The notes beneath the pieces were generated by a model. That model was not told the origin of the DNA and searched no databases. It was given only the letters and a program-made list of their open reading frames with translations. Source: Oculina patagonica (taxonomy: Eukaryota). Taken from it: 64,000 bases of DNA. Position numbers and translations under genes: made by a program. The DNA lies in assembly GCF_052425735.1 (NCBI RefSeq), contig NC_135763.1, forward strand, positions 36,890,001-36,954,000, read 5' to 3'. This document shows positions 13,163-25,725 of this stretch, one piece after another (the stretch's first letter is position 1; each line of letters opens with the position of its first letter).

Positions 13163-16100
13163 AGAGAAAAAGTTAATAGTGCCTCTAGATCTTAAAGCAG
13201 GGGAGTGCTCACGAAAATGATAAATACAGTTTAAAATAAGTCACATAAAAAAGTCTACTTGAAAACACAAGAAATAGAATGAACTCAGGAACTAGTTTTT
13301 TTTTTTTCTTTAGGGTTTCTGCGTTGCGTTTTTTTTTTCGGCTTGGGGGGGGGGGGGGGGGTAATCACCCAACATTACCATGTGCAAAGGTCTGCAAACG
13401 AGATATCAACCTCGCATGTGCAAAACATAAAAAAAATATTGCATTTATACTGTTTATACAGAAACTAGAACATTCGAATCATCAAAAACTCACCTGGAAA
13501 CCAGAATAGCCCTGTCGAACTTCTTATAACCACAAAAAGCGGAAAGGTACAGTACATTTGAATCAAACTATTAACCTCACTAGGCGGGCGGTATAAAATA
13601 ATTCTAGCCTTTCCGAGTTGACTGAGAAGCTACTGAGATCAGACGATCAGTCGGATATGTATCCTTATCCCTCTGGAGCCGGTCAGATCACCATCATGAA
13701 AAAGAAATACCAAATTTAGAAATTATAGCGCCAGTCTACACGCAAGGCGCCGAAAAATTCTTGTTTGAAACATTTAAACCTGATAGCGCATTTTCTCGAT
13801 TCAACAGGGGGTCTAAAAAGGTCGTCTTTTAGCTCTTTTTAATAAACGTCCCCGGAATTTATCTAGAAAATACGGTTAGTGAGTGAAAATTCGTAGAATA
13901 CGATGATAGCTAAATTAGAATGCTTCAGGTCTTTTTCTAACAAAACAAAAATACAAAGAAAGGAAAATTAAAGTAATTTCGTCATGATTTTGGGTGCACT
14001 TCGGGTGAAAGAGCTCGTTGCAACTCTCACAAAACAACTGACTCAAAACGTGACTCGACATACCTCATTTGTTATTGAAACGTTCTGTTAACAGACTCAT
14101 TAATCATTCGTAAAGGAAAACAAAGGAAATTGGTATTTACGAGTGAAGGTAGAAATAGGCTACTTCGCCAAAACAGTTCAGCCCAAAAACGTGACTTTGC
14201 ATACAGCGCCTTTCGTGTGCGCACGAGTGCGCAAGTGTTACATCAAATCGCGTCTCCACACTTTACAGTAAAACTGATCAACTGAAAAATAAAGAAAGTC
14301 TCGAGCTAGTCTCAGAACTAACAAAAAATGTCTGGCGATTAGTACAAAGAATTGTGGTTTTTTTGGAAAAATTAAGGGTGCACTGCTTCTAGTTAAAAAG
14401 TTTGCTTCTTTGATTTTGCTTAATGCTGCCATCAATAGATAATCTTTACCAGTCTGCCAGCTAGAGTAGATACTGTACTGACATCTACCAGAGATTTTAA
14501 TTGTTTGTTGTTGTTTTTTCAGATGATTTTTATCTTAACTAACTAATTTATATTTCACGTGTAATCTTTGATGCTCGTCGGCGATTTTTCATACACAGAA
14601 CCCGACTGGGATATCAAAAACCGCTTCCTTCCGTTCCGAATGACCCCAAAATTGGATTTAATTAATAACCGAACCGAGATTGTTTTGTTGGTAATAAAAG
14701 TCGATTAATCCAACTGGGCCTTATATAGAAACTGGCATGGAAATTACAGAATCTCTGATTCTAGATAAAGTATTGAATGCAATTGAAACTTAATTACCGA
14801 ATTCGCAGACAACACGGCAACATAAAAGGAACTTTTGGTCCTTTTGCGAATTCGAATCGTCCAGAAAAAAGACATCATCTGTTTGGGCTTAGATTATGAA
14901 CGCTGTGATTGTAGCGGTCATTTTGCCGAATATATAGCCTGTTTATACACTTCAGCACAAGAAACCCTGTTAATCTGTCGTTAAATTTATTATTTCTAGA
15001 TTAGAAGCATTGATGTTTTGCATCTTTTACTCTTCGTGCAACGTTAATTGAAGTCTAAGTACTCGTTGATAGATGAAAGTAGACCGTGATAAAAATCTCG
15101 GAAGCAGAAAATATGTACAACACATTGTGTACTTTATAGACAAGGAGTCTTCTGTCGGAATTTCTTGCGCTACAACAGGGAATATTTTAACAAAATTTCT
15201 GGCACTTTGTTGGGCGGGCATTGCGGTTAGTTCCGCGGAATAAATTCTGTCAGCGAAGTTTACCACAATTCCGTAAACTGTGTTTAGACTGTATTGTCAC
15301 GAGATGTCATCAACTCAGGAATGTCACGATAAACTTCTTGAATTCTTTCTGTGAATATTCTGACCCGTGTTTTACAGCATTTTCTGTGACCGTATCGCCC
15401 TTTTCCACGCAAACTGTTTATTGCCACACGACAAAGATCGCTGGTCTTATCCGTCCCGGATTCAGTTTTATTTATTTGAAAGACACATACCACATTTTTT
15501 ATAAACACAGGAAGACTACAATTTATTTCAATTTCATGCAAGGTCTCAAAATTTATCAAACTGACCACTGAAACTTCCTGTGAACGAAAGCTCTTCCACA
15601 AACGCCTTTAACTACTGAGCTAGTTTTGCCGTTCGATTATAGCCACGGTTGTCACACTTAAAAAAAAAGACTAAAAACCAAAACTTTCGAGAAACTTAAA
15701 TTCGGTTTAGATAAGCGAACATGGATATAAAATATCGTCTATGTAATGGAGCCGAATAATAGTTTAAAGTTCTTTACAACAAAAGCCATTATGTAGGGAT
15801 TATGGGGCGAGTATGGCGTACCCGTTTACTTCGCAATGGCATAAAGGAATTTTATCAATCATTTTATATGATATGTTTATCCAGTTATCAGGATTTTTTT
15901 GGTACGAAAAAGATAAAAGAAACTTTCAGTGCTTATTTCATTCACGAAAACATCTATGGGCAAGAAAACGAAAATGCAGGCAGGGAGGATTTTGCACCGA
16001 GCCAGAACTCTTTTTGATAAAGGATTTCGCAAAAACTGCGCGTTTTTCATTCTCGATTTAAAAACAGGTTTCTATTTTCCGCATCAGATACCATCTATAA

Positions 16101-19100
16101 TGTATTTTAAAAGACAATGTTTAAACGTCGTTCTTACCTTTGCTTTCTAAAAGGAAAGGCTGTTACTCAGCAATATAAAACTGTTTTTGTGTAGCTTGTG
16201 ATTTGCAGTGGTATATCCGGGTTAAAGGAAGTTTACTAGCGCGCGTGAACTTTATCTGAGCTTTTCCTCGCTGTTACACTCCCTTTAATAACTGGGTGGC
16301 TTTAATTTGATTGGCTAGTTAAAGGTATCATTTACAAAGCTTACATGATGCCTGACTTGAATGAAGTCACCTAATTTAATTTGCCGTATAAGACCTGTTA
16401 ATGCGAATGTGAAATTGACTGACCCTCCGTAAATAGTGCTAGGATTACGTCCAATCCAGGAATCTCGTATATCTAGCGGACACTTCTTCATCGTCTTATG
16501 TGATTTGATTTCAGAACCCCAGATCCAGATGTGTAAGTGAATTATTTTTCAATTAAACCACTTAAGTGCATGCAAACTATATTTGCGATTGGCTCTCAGC
16601 CATGAAATAAAAGAGTGAGGATCTTTGGCCTTGTATAAAAAATAATAATAATTAAACTCGCAAAGTTCACCGTCTGTTCAGCGCGGGAAACTCCGACCTT
16701 TGGAACCTAATTGAAGTGTTATTACATTCCATTGCCTTAAAATGAAAATGAGTTTTTTAAATTATAGTACTAGTCGAAGGACGACTTTTGATCTAAATAT
16801 CTCACCCAGCAGCTTGCACGGCGTGACCTAATAATTGTATACACGCGCTACGCAAGTTTTGCCGAAAGTTTATTGACTCATATGCCCGTGGGCCAGTGTT
16901 TTTATTTTTATTGGCATAGAAATAACGTTTTCCCAGCCTGTGTGGCTTGCAATGAGAAAGGGCATCGATTACAAGGGCCACATTTTAACAAAGAAGCCCA
17001 GAAATAATGGAAGACATCCATTTATTGCCGTAACCTACTTTCATGCAAGTCAGATCGAATGCCATGTTCGGGTAACTAAGACTCACTAAATAAAAGCACA
17101 ATTATTCCTTTTTTCCTCCTTCTCTGCAGATCCGCTTGACTCCTCAACCTGCCGCAAAATCCCACAGATTACGATCAAAGGCCTAAAAAGGAATGACGAT
17201 ATGAGGGGTCTGGCGAAACACACAAAACGGTCAATGTTTTATTTGCGCCTAGGAAGTTCCCGCCTCCAGGAAATGTGCACATTGTACAACAGCCGCAGGG
17301 CCTATTTCTGCCGATTTTTGGATAGAAAAAAAAAACAATGAAAGTTCTAGTTAAGCCTAGAGGTGACCATTTCAATGTTTTTATGCATGGTGTGATCCTG
17401 TATTACAGCCAGTGTTAATCGGCGTTTATATAATCAAAGGCACTAAAGAATACATGTGTCACAATGTGCCTCAGGTGTCTTTCCGGACATTAAAGACGTC
17501 AAATCCCCATGACTGTGGAAATGAAATATTCGGTCATGTTTATTTTTTTAGGTTTAGTTGCCCTTGGCCTTTTTTTTATAATTTCGCAATTTTAATGTTA
17601 ACCTACTGCGGCAGTTGAGAAATACATGTATCATGCTTCACTCAATCAAAACAGTTTTCCTTTGGTGACCCTTTGGTGACCCTGCTTCACTATTTATCAC
17701 CCTGGGGGGTTTGAAATTGATGAAAACTTAACAAAACAGATTCGTACTAAAAACAGGATGGTACAGAAACTTATTATTTGTCCAAATAAACTTAAAGATC
17801 GGTTGAAACAAAATTAAATCTTCATACTGAGAAAAAGAATACAACATGTGCTGGCGTCACATGCGATAAAGGGTCAAACAGGCCATGTTAACTATCTGGT
17901 AAACTACAGATTGGTTTCAAAAAGGCCGGCTTCAAACTTTAAAAAAATAAACTAGTACATAAATGTAAAAAAAATGATAGAAGCATGTGGCTACGCACGT
18001 GTAATCTAGACCAGTGCCGATTTGTTGCATCTACCCCTTATCTTTTTCCAGGTATTTGATAACTTTACAAATTAGTGAAACCTGTCTACCTAATTCATAT
18101 CAGCGATTTATGACAGTCAGTTGTTGCTCTCGCGGGTTATCTAGCCTGCGTTGCAGACCGGGGTTTAGTTCGTCTGCAATGCAGGCTAGGGTTATCTTAA
18201 AGAAAAAAAAAACAGAAAATAAATGATAACCTTCTTTGGAGGTAATTAAACTGGCAAGGTAAAGCAACTAAATTACAAGAACACTTTAAAACAAATATAG
18301 TAAATCCAGCAAATCTGATTCAATAATTACTCTGCTCCCAACATATGACCTCACAAGATAAATATGGATACAATTACTTTTGCTAGTATTTGCCTTCTTT
18401 CAAAAGTTCAAAACAGTTAGTACTGAGCTTGTAACGAGAATGTTTGGATACAAGCCACAATACTGATAAGCAGGCACTTGAGGTCGATTATACTGATAGG
18501 ACCCCAAACGCCAAATGACTGAGACGCAATGCAAGGTGAAGTAGCAAAAGTCTCGACTTGTAATTGTAGCTTTATTAGTTTGATAAGCAAGTGTTGCAAA
18601 TACCGCCTGCCACCCACTTGATTTATTATCATAATAAACAATTATTTTATCAGGTTGTAACAGCAATTTCGAATTATTTAGATAAAAATTCTAAGCTGAT
18701 GTTTTTTTTACCGTTATATCAGTATTAGAGACTGGATTGATATCTCACACATAGCGAAGTCTGCTTCTAATTAATTCTTCCTCTAAAATTACACTTAAAT
18801 AAATTTAATCTTGCTACAAGTCGATCATTCTGAATTTGACGACGAGTTTCTGATTTTCTGGACGAGCAAAACGGATTCTTGATAGTCTGAACAAAGTGTG
18901 AAGGATTTCTTTCTTTCTCCGAGAAAGCCCCACCTTTGCTACGCGAGGAAACGCGCAACGCGCGAGATATAGTATATCGCGGGCGAAAAGAAAGGAGCCC
19001 CGGGGGAGTGGTCACTTTGGAGGGACATGTCTGCTTCCCTGCCCCCATGATTTTACGCATTTCACCCAGGGCATGAACGAGGGTAGGAGTTTACCACGTG

Positions 19101-19545
19101 CGCACAAATCAGCTAAATCAATAATGGGCAGAACTGAAAGCTGTTATAAGGTCTCATAAGCATACACTATAATTGTTCGCCTGTTCCATTACTTTGTACT
19201 CTCCAGACAAAAAAGGTCTGTGAAACGCTGAGACCGAGGGCGAATTTTAACACTTATTGGAGGAGTAAGTGCCGTTTATATGCAAAACCCAGCCTCCAAG
19301 AAGTTACTAGCCTCCGCTGTACATACAGTCGTCTCGGTGCTCGAAAAAGCTTATGCGTTTTACAGCCACAACTGAAATCTATACATCTAATGATTTTGTC
19401 CAGAATCTGGTCAGGAGAGGCAGCTATTTTTGAAGGTTAGTAGTTAAGTTTGTATCAGAAGCTGGCCATGAACTTGCTTTATAATCAAAAGAAAAAAAAA
19501 AAACACACCGAAATTGGTGAAAGCAGAGAAATATCAAATATTATT

Positions 19546-20320
19546 ATATAGCCGCGAGTGTTTTACTGGAAAATAGACCACTCGTAAAATTCGTACGAAA
19601 CTGCATCCGGGACTGTAGTGGCGTATTTTCCATATCCTCACTAGTGAGGATATCGACGACGTCATTTCCCGCCTTTGCATGGTTGTTTGTGCAAAGCTGC
19701 CAACGCCGGTTGGAAATGGCGAGCTATCGATTCGTGAAGTTCTCTGAAGCCAAAATAAAATTTTTCACTGAGGAGCAGGAAAATGCTAACACGAAAAAAG
19801 GTAAAAAAAAGACTTCATATGACTTGAAATTATTTAAAAGAGCTTCTTGCTTGTGGAGAGTTAGACGAAGGGAGGGAAAATCAAGACATTTCAGTTGCCG
19901 AACCTCAGGACTTTGCGATCAAAAAACAGAAAAGCGGTGAGTTTGAGCAGAAAGAGATTTCAAAACGGTGAATTATATATTATCAGTGACATTGATGAAA
20001 GCCTATGAACAGACTGTTTTAACATTTATGATATACATCTTCTGATAGCTTTAGTTCGCGAAATTTGCCTTTCAGATTGGCAATTTGCTCAATTGTTACA
20101 TCTCTCGATGAATAAAAATGTTTTTACTTTTACTTCATGCATGGTGTTTGTCTATATAATGAAAAGAAAATTACACGGTGGCTTGAAGATATGAATTTTA
20201 TTTTCTCGTGGTAAAAGCAATATTTTACTCATTCGCTGCGCTCATTCATACATATGCATATTGCTTTACCACTCGAAAATAAAATTCATATCTTCGCGCC
20301 GCCGTGTAATATCCTCTATA
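19546..20320 (+). mobile_element. non-autonomous Crypton-like element with an N-terminal ORF remnant
   Basis: ORF remnant MASYRFVKFSEAKIKFFTEEQENANTKK..TSYDLKLFK resembles the N-terminus of CryptonA/DUF3504-type proteins; subterminal inverted repeat ttacacggtggc-gaagatatgaattttattttctcgtggtaaa / tttaccactcgaaaataaaattcatatcttcgcgccgccgtgtaa; boundaries approximate. Confidence 0.55.
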
Positions 20321-21548
20321 AAAGCAAACATGTGACAACAGACTGAAAGTCTCACTGGAACAGAATTGTTTGATTTTGCGCTGGATTTCTTGACATCCTG
20401 TCACAAAATTTAATCTGACAAACCGTAATTCACTTATTTCTATCATCAATTTAATTTGAAAATTAGGAAAGAGGACTTCTGCTAATCACTGCCCAATCAC
20501 TGATTAATTTTATTTAAGAATTCAAACTTATACAGCTGAACTGTGTTATCATGACTGTGTAAAAAGATGACACAAATGAAATGTGAAACACCAAATTACA
20601 AGATAAGAACAAGACTTCAACATCAGTTGCTATCACTGAGCAGCTAGCTCGTCACTGGACACAGTGGTAGACCCTGAAAATAAAAAAAAGCAAAATTTAT
20701 TTGATGCTGCTGGCATTAAAGTTATTGTTTTTGTGTGCAGTGAAGGATCTAGGGGAGGGGCCCAAGACCTTCTTTTAAGGCCAAATAGAAGCCTGTGGGG
20801 CCGAGAAAAAATATTTTTGAGAAGGCCTCCCCCCTTATTCCAGGGTCTGGATGATCACCGCCCCCCCCCCTTTTCTGAAGGTCTGAATCTTAATTCTGTT
20901 ATTTTACTGCAAAATGCCTTCCTTCACTTCAAGGAAAGTAACTTTAGCTTTAATATTCCATGCTGATTGCATACTGCAATGTACAAGGCTTTGCGCTTCT
21001 CATTTTGGCCTCTCACTGCCATTTGGACATCTGCCATGCATGCTTCAGTGGAAAAAACCCATTCATTGGGGTATGGTGGATCCCAGAAAAAAGTTCAGGT
21101 TCCAGCCTACATCAAATCATAACGATGTACTTTTGTGCATTACATTTTACTCTTACAGGGGTTCAAATCAGATTTTTCTTTGTACAGATTTATACCAATA
21201 AGTGATCGACTCTGATTTGACAATTCTCTGTGTCCTTTCCTGGCCACAGCCTGAATTTGAGTGGCAGCATCTGTTCACTTACTCCAATAACAGAGAGGGA
21301 GTGGCCAGAGGAGGAAACTTCAATTCAGGCTTCCCTAACCACCCCTTATAAATGTCGGTCACCTCGCCACCAGGGAGTCCTGCCACTAGCCAACGCGCCA
21401 CCAAGTGAAGTCACCTATCCACACTTAAAGAACAAAAATATTCAGGGTTTTCACTCCTTTGCTTGGTGGCAAGTTGGTTGGTGGCGAAAATCGGATAACC
21501 CCCTTAGTGATGCATTAAGAAGCGATATGCACTCCAGTTAGTGTAATA

Positions 21549-21857
21549 CCCAGGGGAGGGTGGGTACTTGCAGTATACATGACGGGGAGGTCCGACGTAT
21601 TTTGTTGGGTCGATAATTTACACCCTTGGTATTTTTTTAGGTCAAGAGATCTGTCATGTATTTTTTTAGGTCTTAAAGTCTGTCTGATTAAATAAATCAG
21701 TATCGAGGTGCTTGGTCTTGTACTTTTTGGGGTAGAAAATTTTGATGCTAGGCATTTTTTGGGGTGTAAAATTTCAGGCTCACATATTTTTTTGGGTTCG
21801 CAATATGAAGCTCCGTCGGACCCCCTTGTCATGTATACTGCGAGTACCCCCCCTGGG
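21549..21857. mobile_element. hAT-like MITE overlapping the 3' end of TMEM177-like gene A
   Basis: TIRs CCCAGGGG..GTACTTGCAGTATACATGAC / GTCATGTATACTGCGAGTAC..CCCCTGGG; 8-bp TSD GTGTAATA at 21541-21548 and 21858-21865. Confidence 0.85.
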
Positions 21858-22767
21858 GTGTAATACCTGTGCTTATGGCCTTCAGCCTCTCTAGTCTGTC
21901 TGTCATAAGTGGGTACAGGTATGACTCAATATCATTTCCTTCTTCAGTGAAATAGTTCTTTCCTCTTTTCCCAAGCAATCTACGCCGAATTTGGTTGAGC
22001 TCTAGCTTCTTGGAGAACATATCAATGCCACCTTGAAGCATTCTGGGCTCGCACTTAGCAGCGATCTCATCTGCTCTGTAAACTACATCGTGATATAACT
22101 TTCCATTGACCTGTTTGTAACAAAGATAGCTCAGTCGGCAAATACAAAGTTTGAGGATTATATCTACCGCTGTGTGAAGTTTGACTAGCTTAGGTGTAGC
22201 ATAGGCTAGCCTATATGTAGTGTACAACCACGTTGGCGCCATAAAAGCATTGATGGCCATGTATTCCAAACGTTGCATTCGAGCAAGCTCATGTGCAATG
22301 CAAAAAGCTATCATGTCGTCGGTCGGCAGTAAGGTTTCTTTGATCATAACACCTAACTCCGAATCCCACTTGATGTCTCGTCCTTGAAAAGTTATTCCAC
22401 ATTTTTCGATGTCTTCGTAGTTCTCAAAAATATACCACTTTGGCAAGCTCACAACGGCTCCGTTAGGAAAGGATGGTGAACCCGCTGAAATCGGGTGAAC
22501 TCCCTGATTTATAAAAAAGGTTATTTTGTCGTTGTCATTGTAGCCAAACTTCTTCAACACTTCATTAAATTGTGTTTTACAGCGTTCAGGAATTTTCACG
22601 TAGCCACCATCCTCCTCCTCTCTCAAAGCCACGATCGGTTTGCACGCTTGATTAGGGAACACGTTAGCTGCATTCTTGTAAATAAAAAGTCCTCCGATAC
22701 CTAAACCTACGGATACAGCAATGAATTGGTTCGTAACTTTTCCAAGTAGTTCAGGTAAGCTTGCCAT
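21829..22767 (-). CDS. TMEM177: TMEM177-like protein A (M48-like fold, catalytic motifs degenerate), intronless, ~312 aa
   Basis: TMEM177 hallmarks PISAGSPSFPNGAVVSLP, IKWDSELG, GGIDMFSKKLELNQIRRRLLGKRGKNYFTEEGN; HELAR where the paralogues have HExxH; ATG at 22767 (the ORF-track start at 22779 is GTG). Confidence 0.85.
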   Translation of the reverse strand: MASLPELLGKVTNQFIAVSVGLGIGGLFIYKNAANVFPNQACKPIVALREEEDGGYVKIPERCKTQFNEVLKKFGYNDNDKITFFINQGVHPISAGSPSFPNGAVVSLPKWYIFENYEDIEKCGITFQGRDIKWDSELGVMIKETLLPTDDMIAFCIAHELARMQRLEYMAINAFMAPTWLYTTYRLAYATPKLVKLHTAVDIILKLCICRLSYLCYKQVNGKLYHDVVYRADEIAAKCEPRMLQGGIDMFSKKLELNQIRRRLLGKRGKNYFTEEGNDIESYLYPLMTDRLERLKAISTGITPQGGYSQYT

Positions 22768-24542
22768 GCTGACTAGCACATGTCACCGGGAAAATTAAAA
22801 TGGCGACCTTCGCAAAGATGGACCGCGCGGGGTCTGGGAAGAGCGTACTCGTCCCAGGCTTTTATTTGCCGTATCTTAACGGAGTAAGGGTAGGGTGGGG
22901 GAAAAGGCCATTCGATTAACTTATTATCTCACTAAATCCTTGCATAGATCTAAAGCTTTCCTTCTTACATGGAAAGGCACTCCAAAACAAGAACAACATA
23001 GTATTGTATAAGCACACCACAAGCAGGAAGGCAGGGAAGGTAAGGGGGGGGGAAGGAGTCAGGGGAGGGGTGGGGGTAGAACAATAAAGAAAGAGACGGC
23101 GAGACTGATATCTTTTCTGCGAGCATGATGCCTTTTTAGCCTTGCAAAAGAAATTTGGTCTCCGCGAAGGCATCAAAGAAAAATTCGAGATGATGAGACC
23201 TCTGAAAATTATTTGGCTAAAATTCTGCATGACTTGCCATATTTAAAGGACCATTCACCACCCCTAAAATAAGAAGGGAAAGAGGGATGAAAATAGGTGG
23301 ACTTTTCCCCTTCCACGTTACTTCTGCAATATGCTTCTCAATAATCTACACTTTCATTTGACAGGCTAGAACTTGGAAAGTTACTGAATTTTACTGGATG
23401 CCGGTTCCATAGACTTTCTTTTTTTACTCTATTCAAATTGTCTGTTCAATACACAGTCTGATTTGAATTAATTTGTTTCCCTTTCAAATTTCAAAGGTGA
23501 CCAAGAGAAAATACAAACATCATCTGAGTCCGGAAACATGTACATGCTGTTTCCTTTTGTATTGTCATACAATATACTGTGTAGTTCAAAACTGATCAAG
23601 TTTTCAATTCACTGTTTTCTTCACAAACAACTTACCAGGTGCCAAACATTAATCCCTTGGGAACTTATATGTATTGTAAATTAAATCAGAGATCTTAAAT
23701 CAAGTCCAAGAAAAAAATCTATACTACATTAAGGGAACTAGTCAATGTAAGAGGTGCAAACAGATTTTTACAAAGTAAAATTGCCAAGGTGCAAGGAATG
23801 AAAAACGACTGCGTGGGAGGCTAAGAATGGAGAAAAAATAAATCAAAGTTGCAACATTGTGTATATAATTTTGCAAAGGAAGGGGGTGGGTCAGGGGGGA
23901 GTAAAAGGGCACTTTAGGCCCCCTGTTCCCCCTCCTTGCAGTCTGTTCCAAGGACCTTAAAAATATTTTTTACTGTTATCTGGCAATGATTTATTATTGG
24001 TCACAACATCACCCACTGCAAACACATCCTGTTGTAGATTTTCTGGCTTGATTGTCACCGTGACATGTTTAAATGACAATAGCAAATCTACTGGTCAAAC
24101 TACCACTGCATGCATGAGAAATTGCGTGACAGGCGAAGTTAACTTCAACCTCGTTGTGCCTCAAAAATGGCTTTTAATGTGGCTGGCTAAATGTAATTTA
24201 GGCTACGTTAAGCGCGAAACAATGCTGGTCAGCAGTTTTCCTCAGGGATTTGGTGCTGGGTGGACGGGGGTTTCGTGCAGGGGCCCCACATTGCTTACAG
24301 TGTGGCTTCAGATGTCAAGTCATTTGGCATTTACTTTCGCTTTGCTTAGTCCTTACGGTGCTTTTATTCCCGGTCCATCCCTCCCTCTTGTCATATTTGT
24401 AAGTATTTGTGTTTCTACTGTCTTTTCAGTGTGACGGTGCTGGGTGGGTGGTTGCTGCTCACAGGTTTGTCATGAATACCCTTCGCTTTCAGCTCTGCTG
24501 CTCTCGTAGCGCCACCCTCCTTATAGGCACCATTCCCTAAGC

Positions 24543-25430
24543 TCATCTATTGTTGATAAGTTTAACTTTGTCTAGCCTGTCAGTCAACTGTGGATGTGTG
24601 GATATTGATGTGTTTTTTAGATCATTTCCTTCCTCTGTGTAAACCTCTTTTCCTTTTTCTCCAAGCAACGCTCGTTGGATCACGTTTCGTTTCAGTGTTG
24701 TCGTAAAGAAATCTATGCCACCTTGTGCCATTTGTGGATCACACTTTGCAGATATTTTGTCAGCGTCAAACTCAGCAAGGTAAGTCAGCTTGCGATCAAC
24801 AAGATTATAAGCATGATAATTTACTCCAAAGATGCAAAGTTTCAGTACAGCATCAAACACAACATGCAGTTTGAAAATTCTTGGGGTAACACGTGCAACT
24901 CTGTAAGTCAAATAGAGCCATAATGGAGGGACAGACATGAAAAACAGCTTGAAGTTTAAATGCTGATCGATATGAGCAAGCTCATGGCCGATGGTAAAAG
25001 CGATCATGTCATTTGTTGGGAGAAAACTTTCCGTCACAGCCAGACCAACTTTTGAATCCCAGCTGACGCCTTCACCCAACTGAAGCCCAGAATTTTTAAC
25101 ATCTTCTTTAGTTTGATATAGATACCACCTTGGCAAGCCTATAACAGCTCCACCGGGAAGTAAATTTGAACCGGCCGAGAATGCATAGAAACGTCGATTG
25201 ACAAATAAGCTCACTTTATCCGGGTTCTTCAAACCAAATTTCCTCGCCACTTCGGCGAATTGTTCACGACATCTATCAGGAACTTTGACAAGTACTCCGT
25301 TTTCATCTCTGAGCCCAAAGAATTCTTTATGAATTTGTGGAAAAAATTCACTCGACGCCCTGACAAGAAGCAATCCTCCAATCCCAAAACGAACAACACT
25401 GCGAAGTATCTTCTCGAAAGCGACCTCCAT
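24543..25430 (-). CDS. TMEM177: TMEM177-like protein B with intact M48 zinc-metalloprotease motifs, intronless, 295 aa
   Basis: SAGSNLLPGGAVIGLP, VSWDSKVG, GHELAH, EFDAD, GGIDFF, ALLGEKGKEVYTEEGN, STHPQLTDRL. Confidence 0.87.
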   Translation of the reverse strand: MEVAFEKILRSVVRFGIGGLLLVRASSEFFPQIHKEFFGLRDENGVLVKVPDRCREQFAEVARKFGLKNPDKVSLFVNRRFYAFSAGSNLLPGGAVIGLPRWYLYQTKEDVKNSGLQLGEGVSWDSKVGLAVTESFLPTNDMIAFTIGHELAHIDQHLNFKLFFMSVPPLWLYLTYRVARVTPRIFKLHVVFDAVLKLCIFGVNYHAYNLVDRKLTYLAEFDADKISAKCDPQMAQGGIDFFTTTLKRNVIQRALLGEKGKEVYTEEGNDLKNTSISTHPQLTDRLDKVKLINNR

Positions 25431-25725
25431 CTTGGGTCTGAGTGTGAGGAGACCTGGAAACTAAATGTCCCAGTCCCCCCCTGTCCCATGACGTCCCAGA
25501 TAAAGGGCAAAAAAATCTTTTTCTGCATAAATGAAAAGTTAATATTTTGAAATGCACTGTTTCGAAGTTTGAGAATGCTACGATAAAAATTTTCAATTTT
25601 ACTACCGCTGAAAGTTGCGCTTTTTTGGCCCCAGAAATCATGAAAAATGGTACACGAATCGCGCGGCCAAAACACCACGGGCTATCAAGACGTGACGTCA
25701 GCTTGTTTGCAAAATTGTAATGAAT
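25431..25725. promoter_or_regulatory. bidirectional promoter between TMEM177-B and the THAP gene
   Basis: 295 bp between divergent ATGs; CpG-containing; perfect CRE palindrome TGACGTCA at 25693-25700. Confidence 0.5.

Noticed and set aside
24060-24540. GC-richer block and 145-aa ORF downstream of TMEM177-B, possibly a retroelement terminal repeat
   Set aside because: No second copy, TSD or coding motif in the window to support a class
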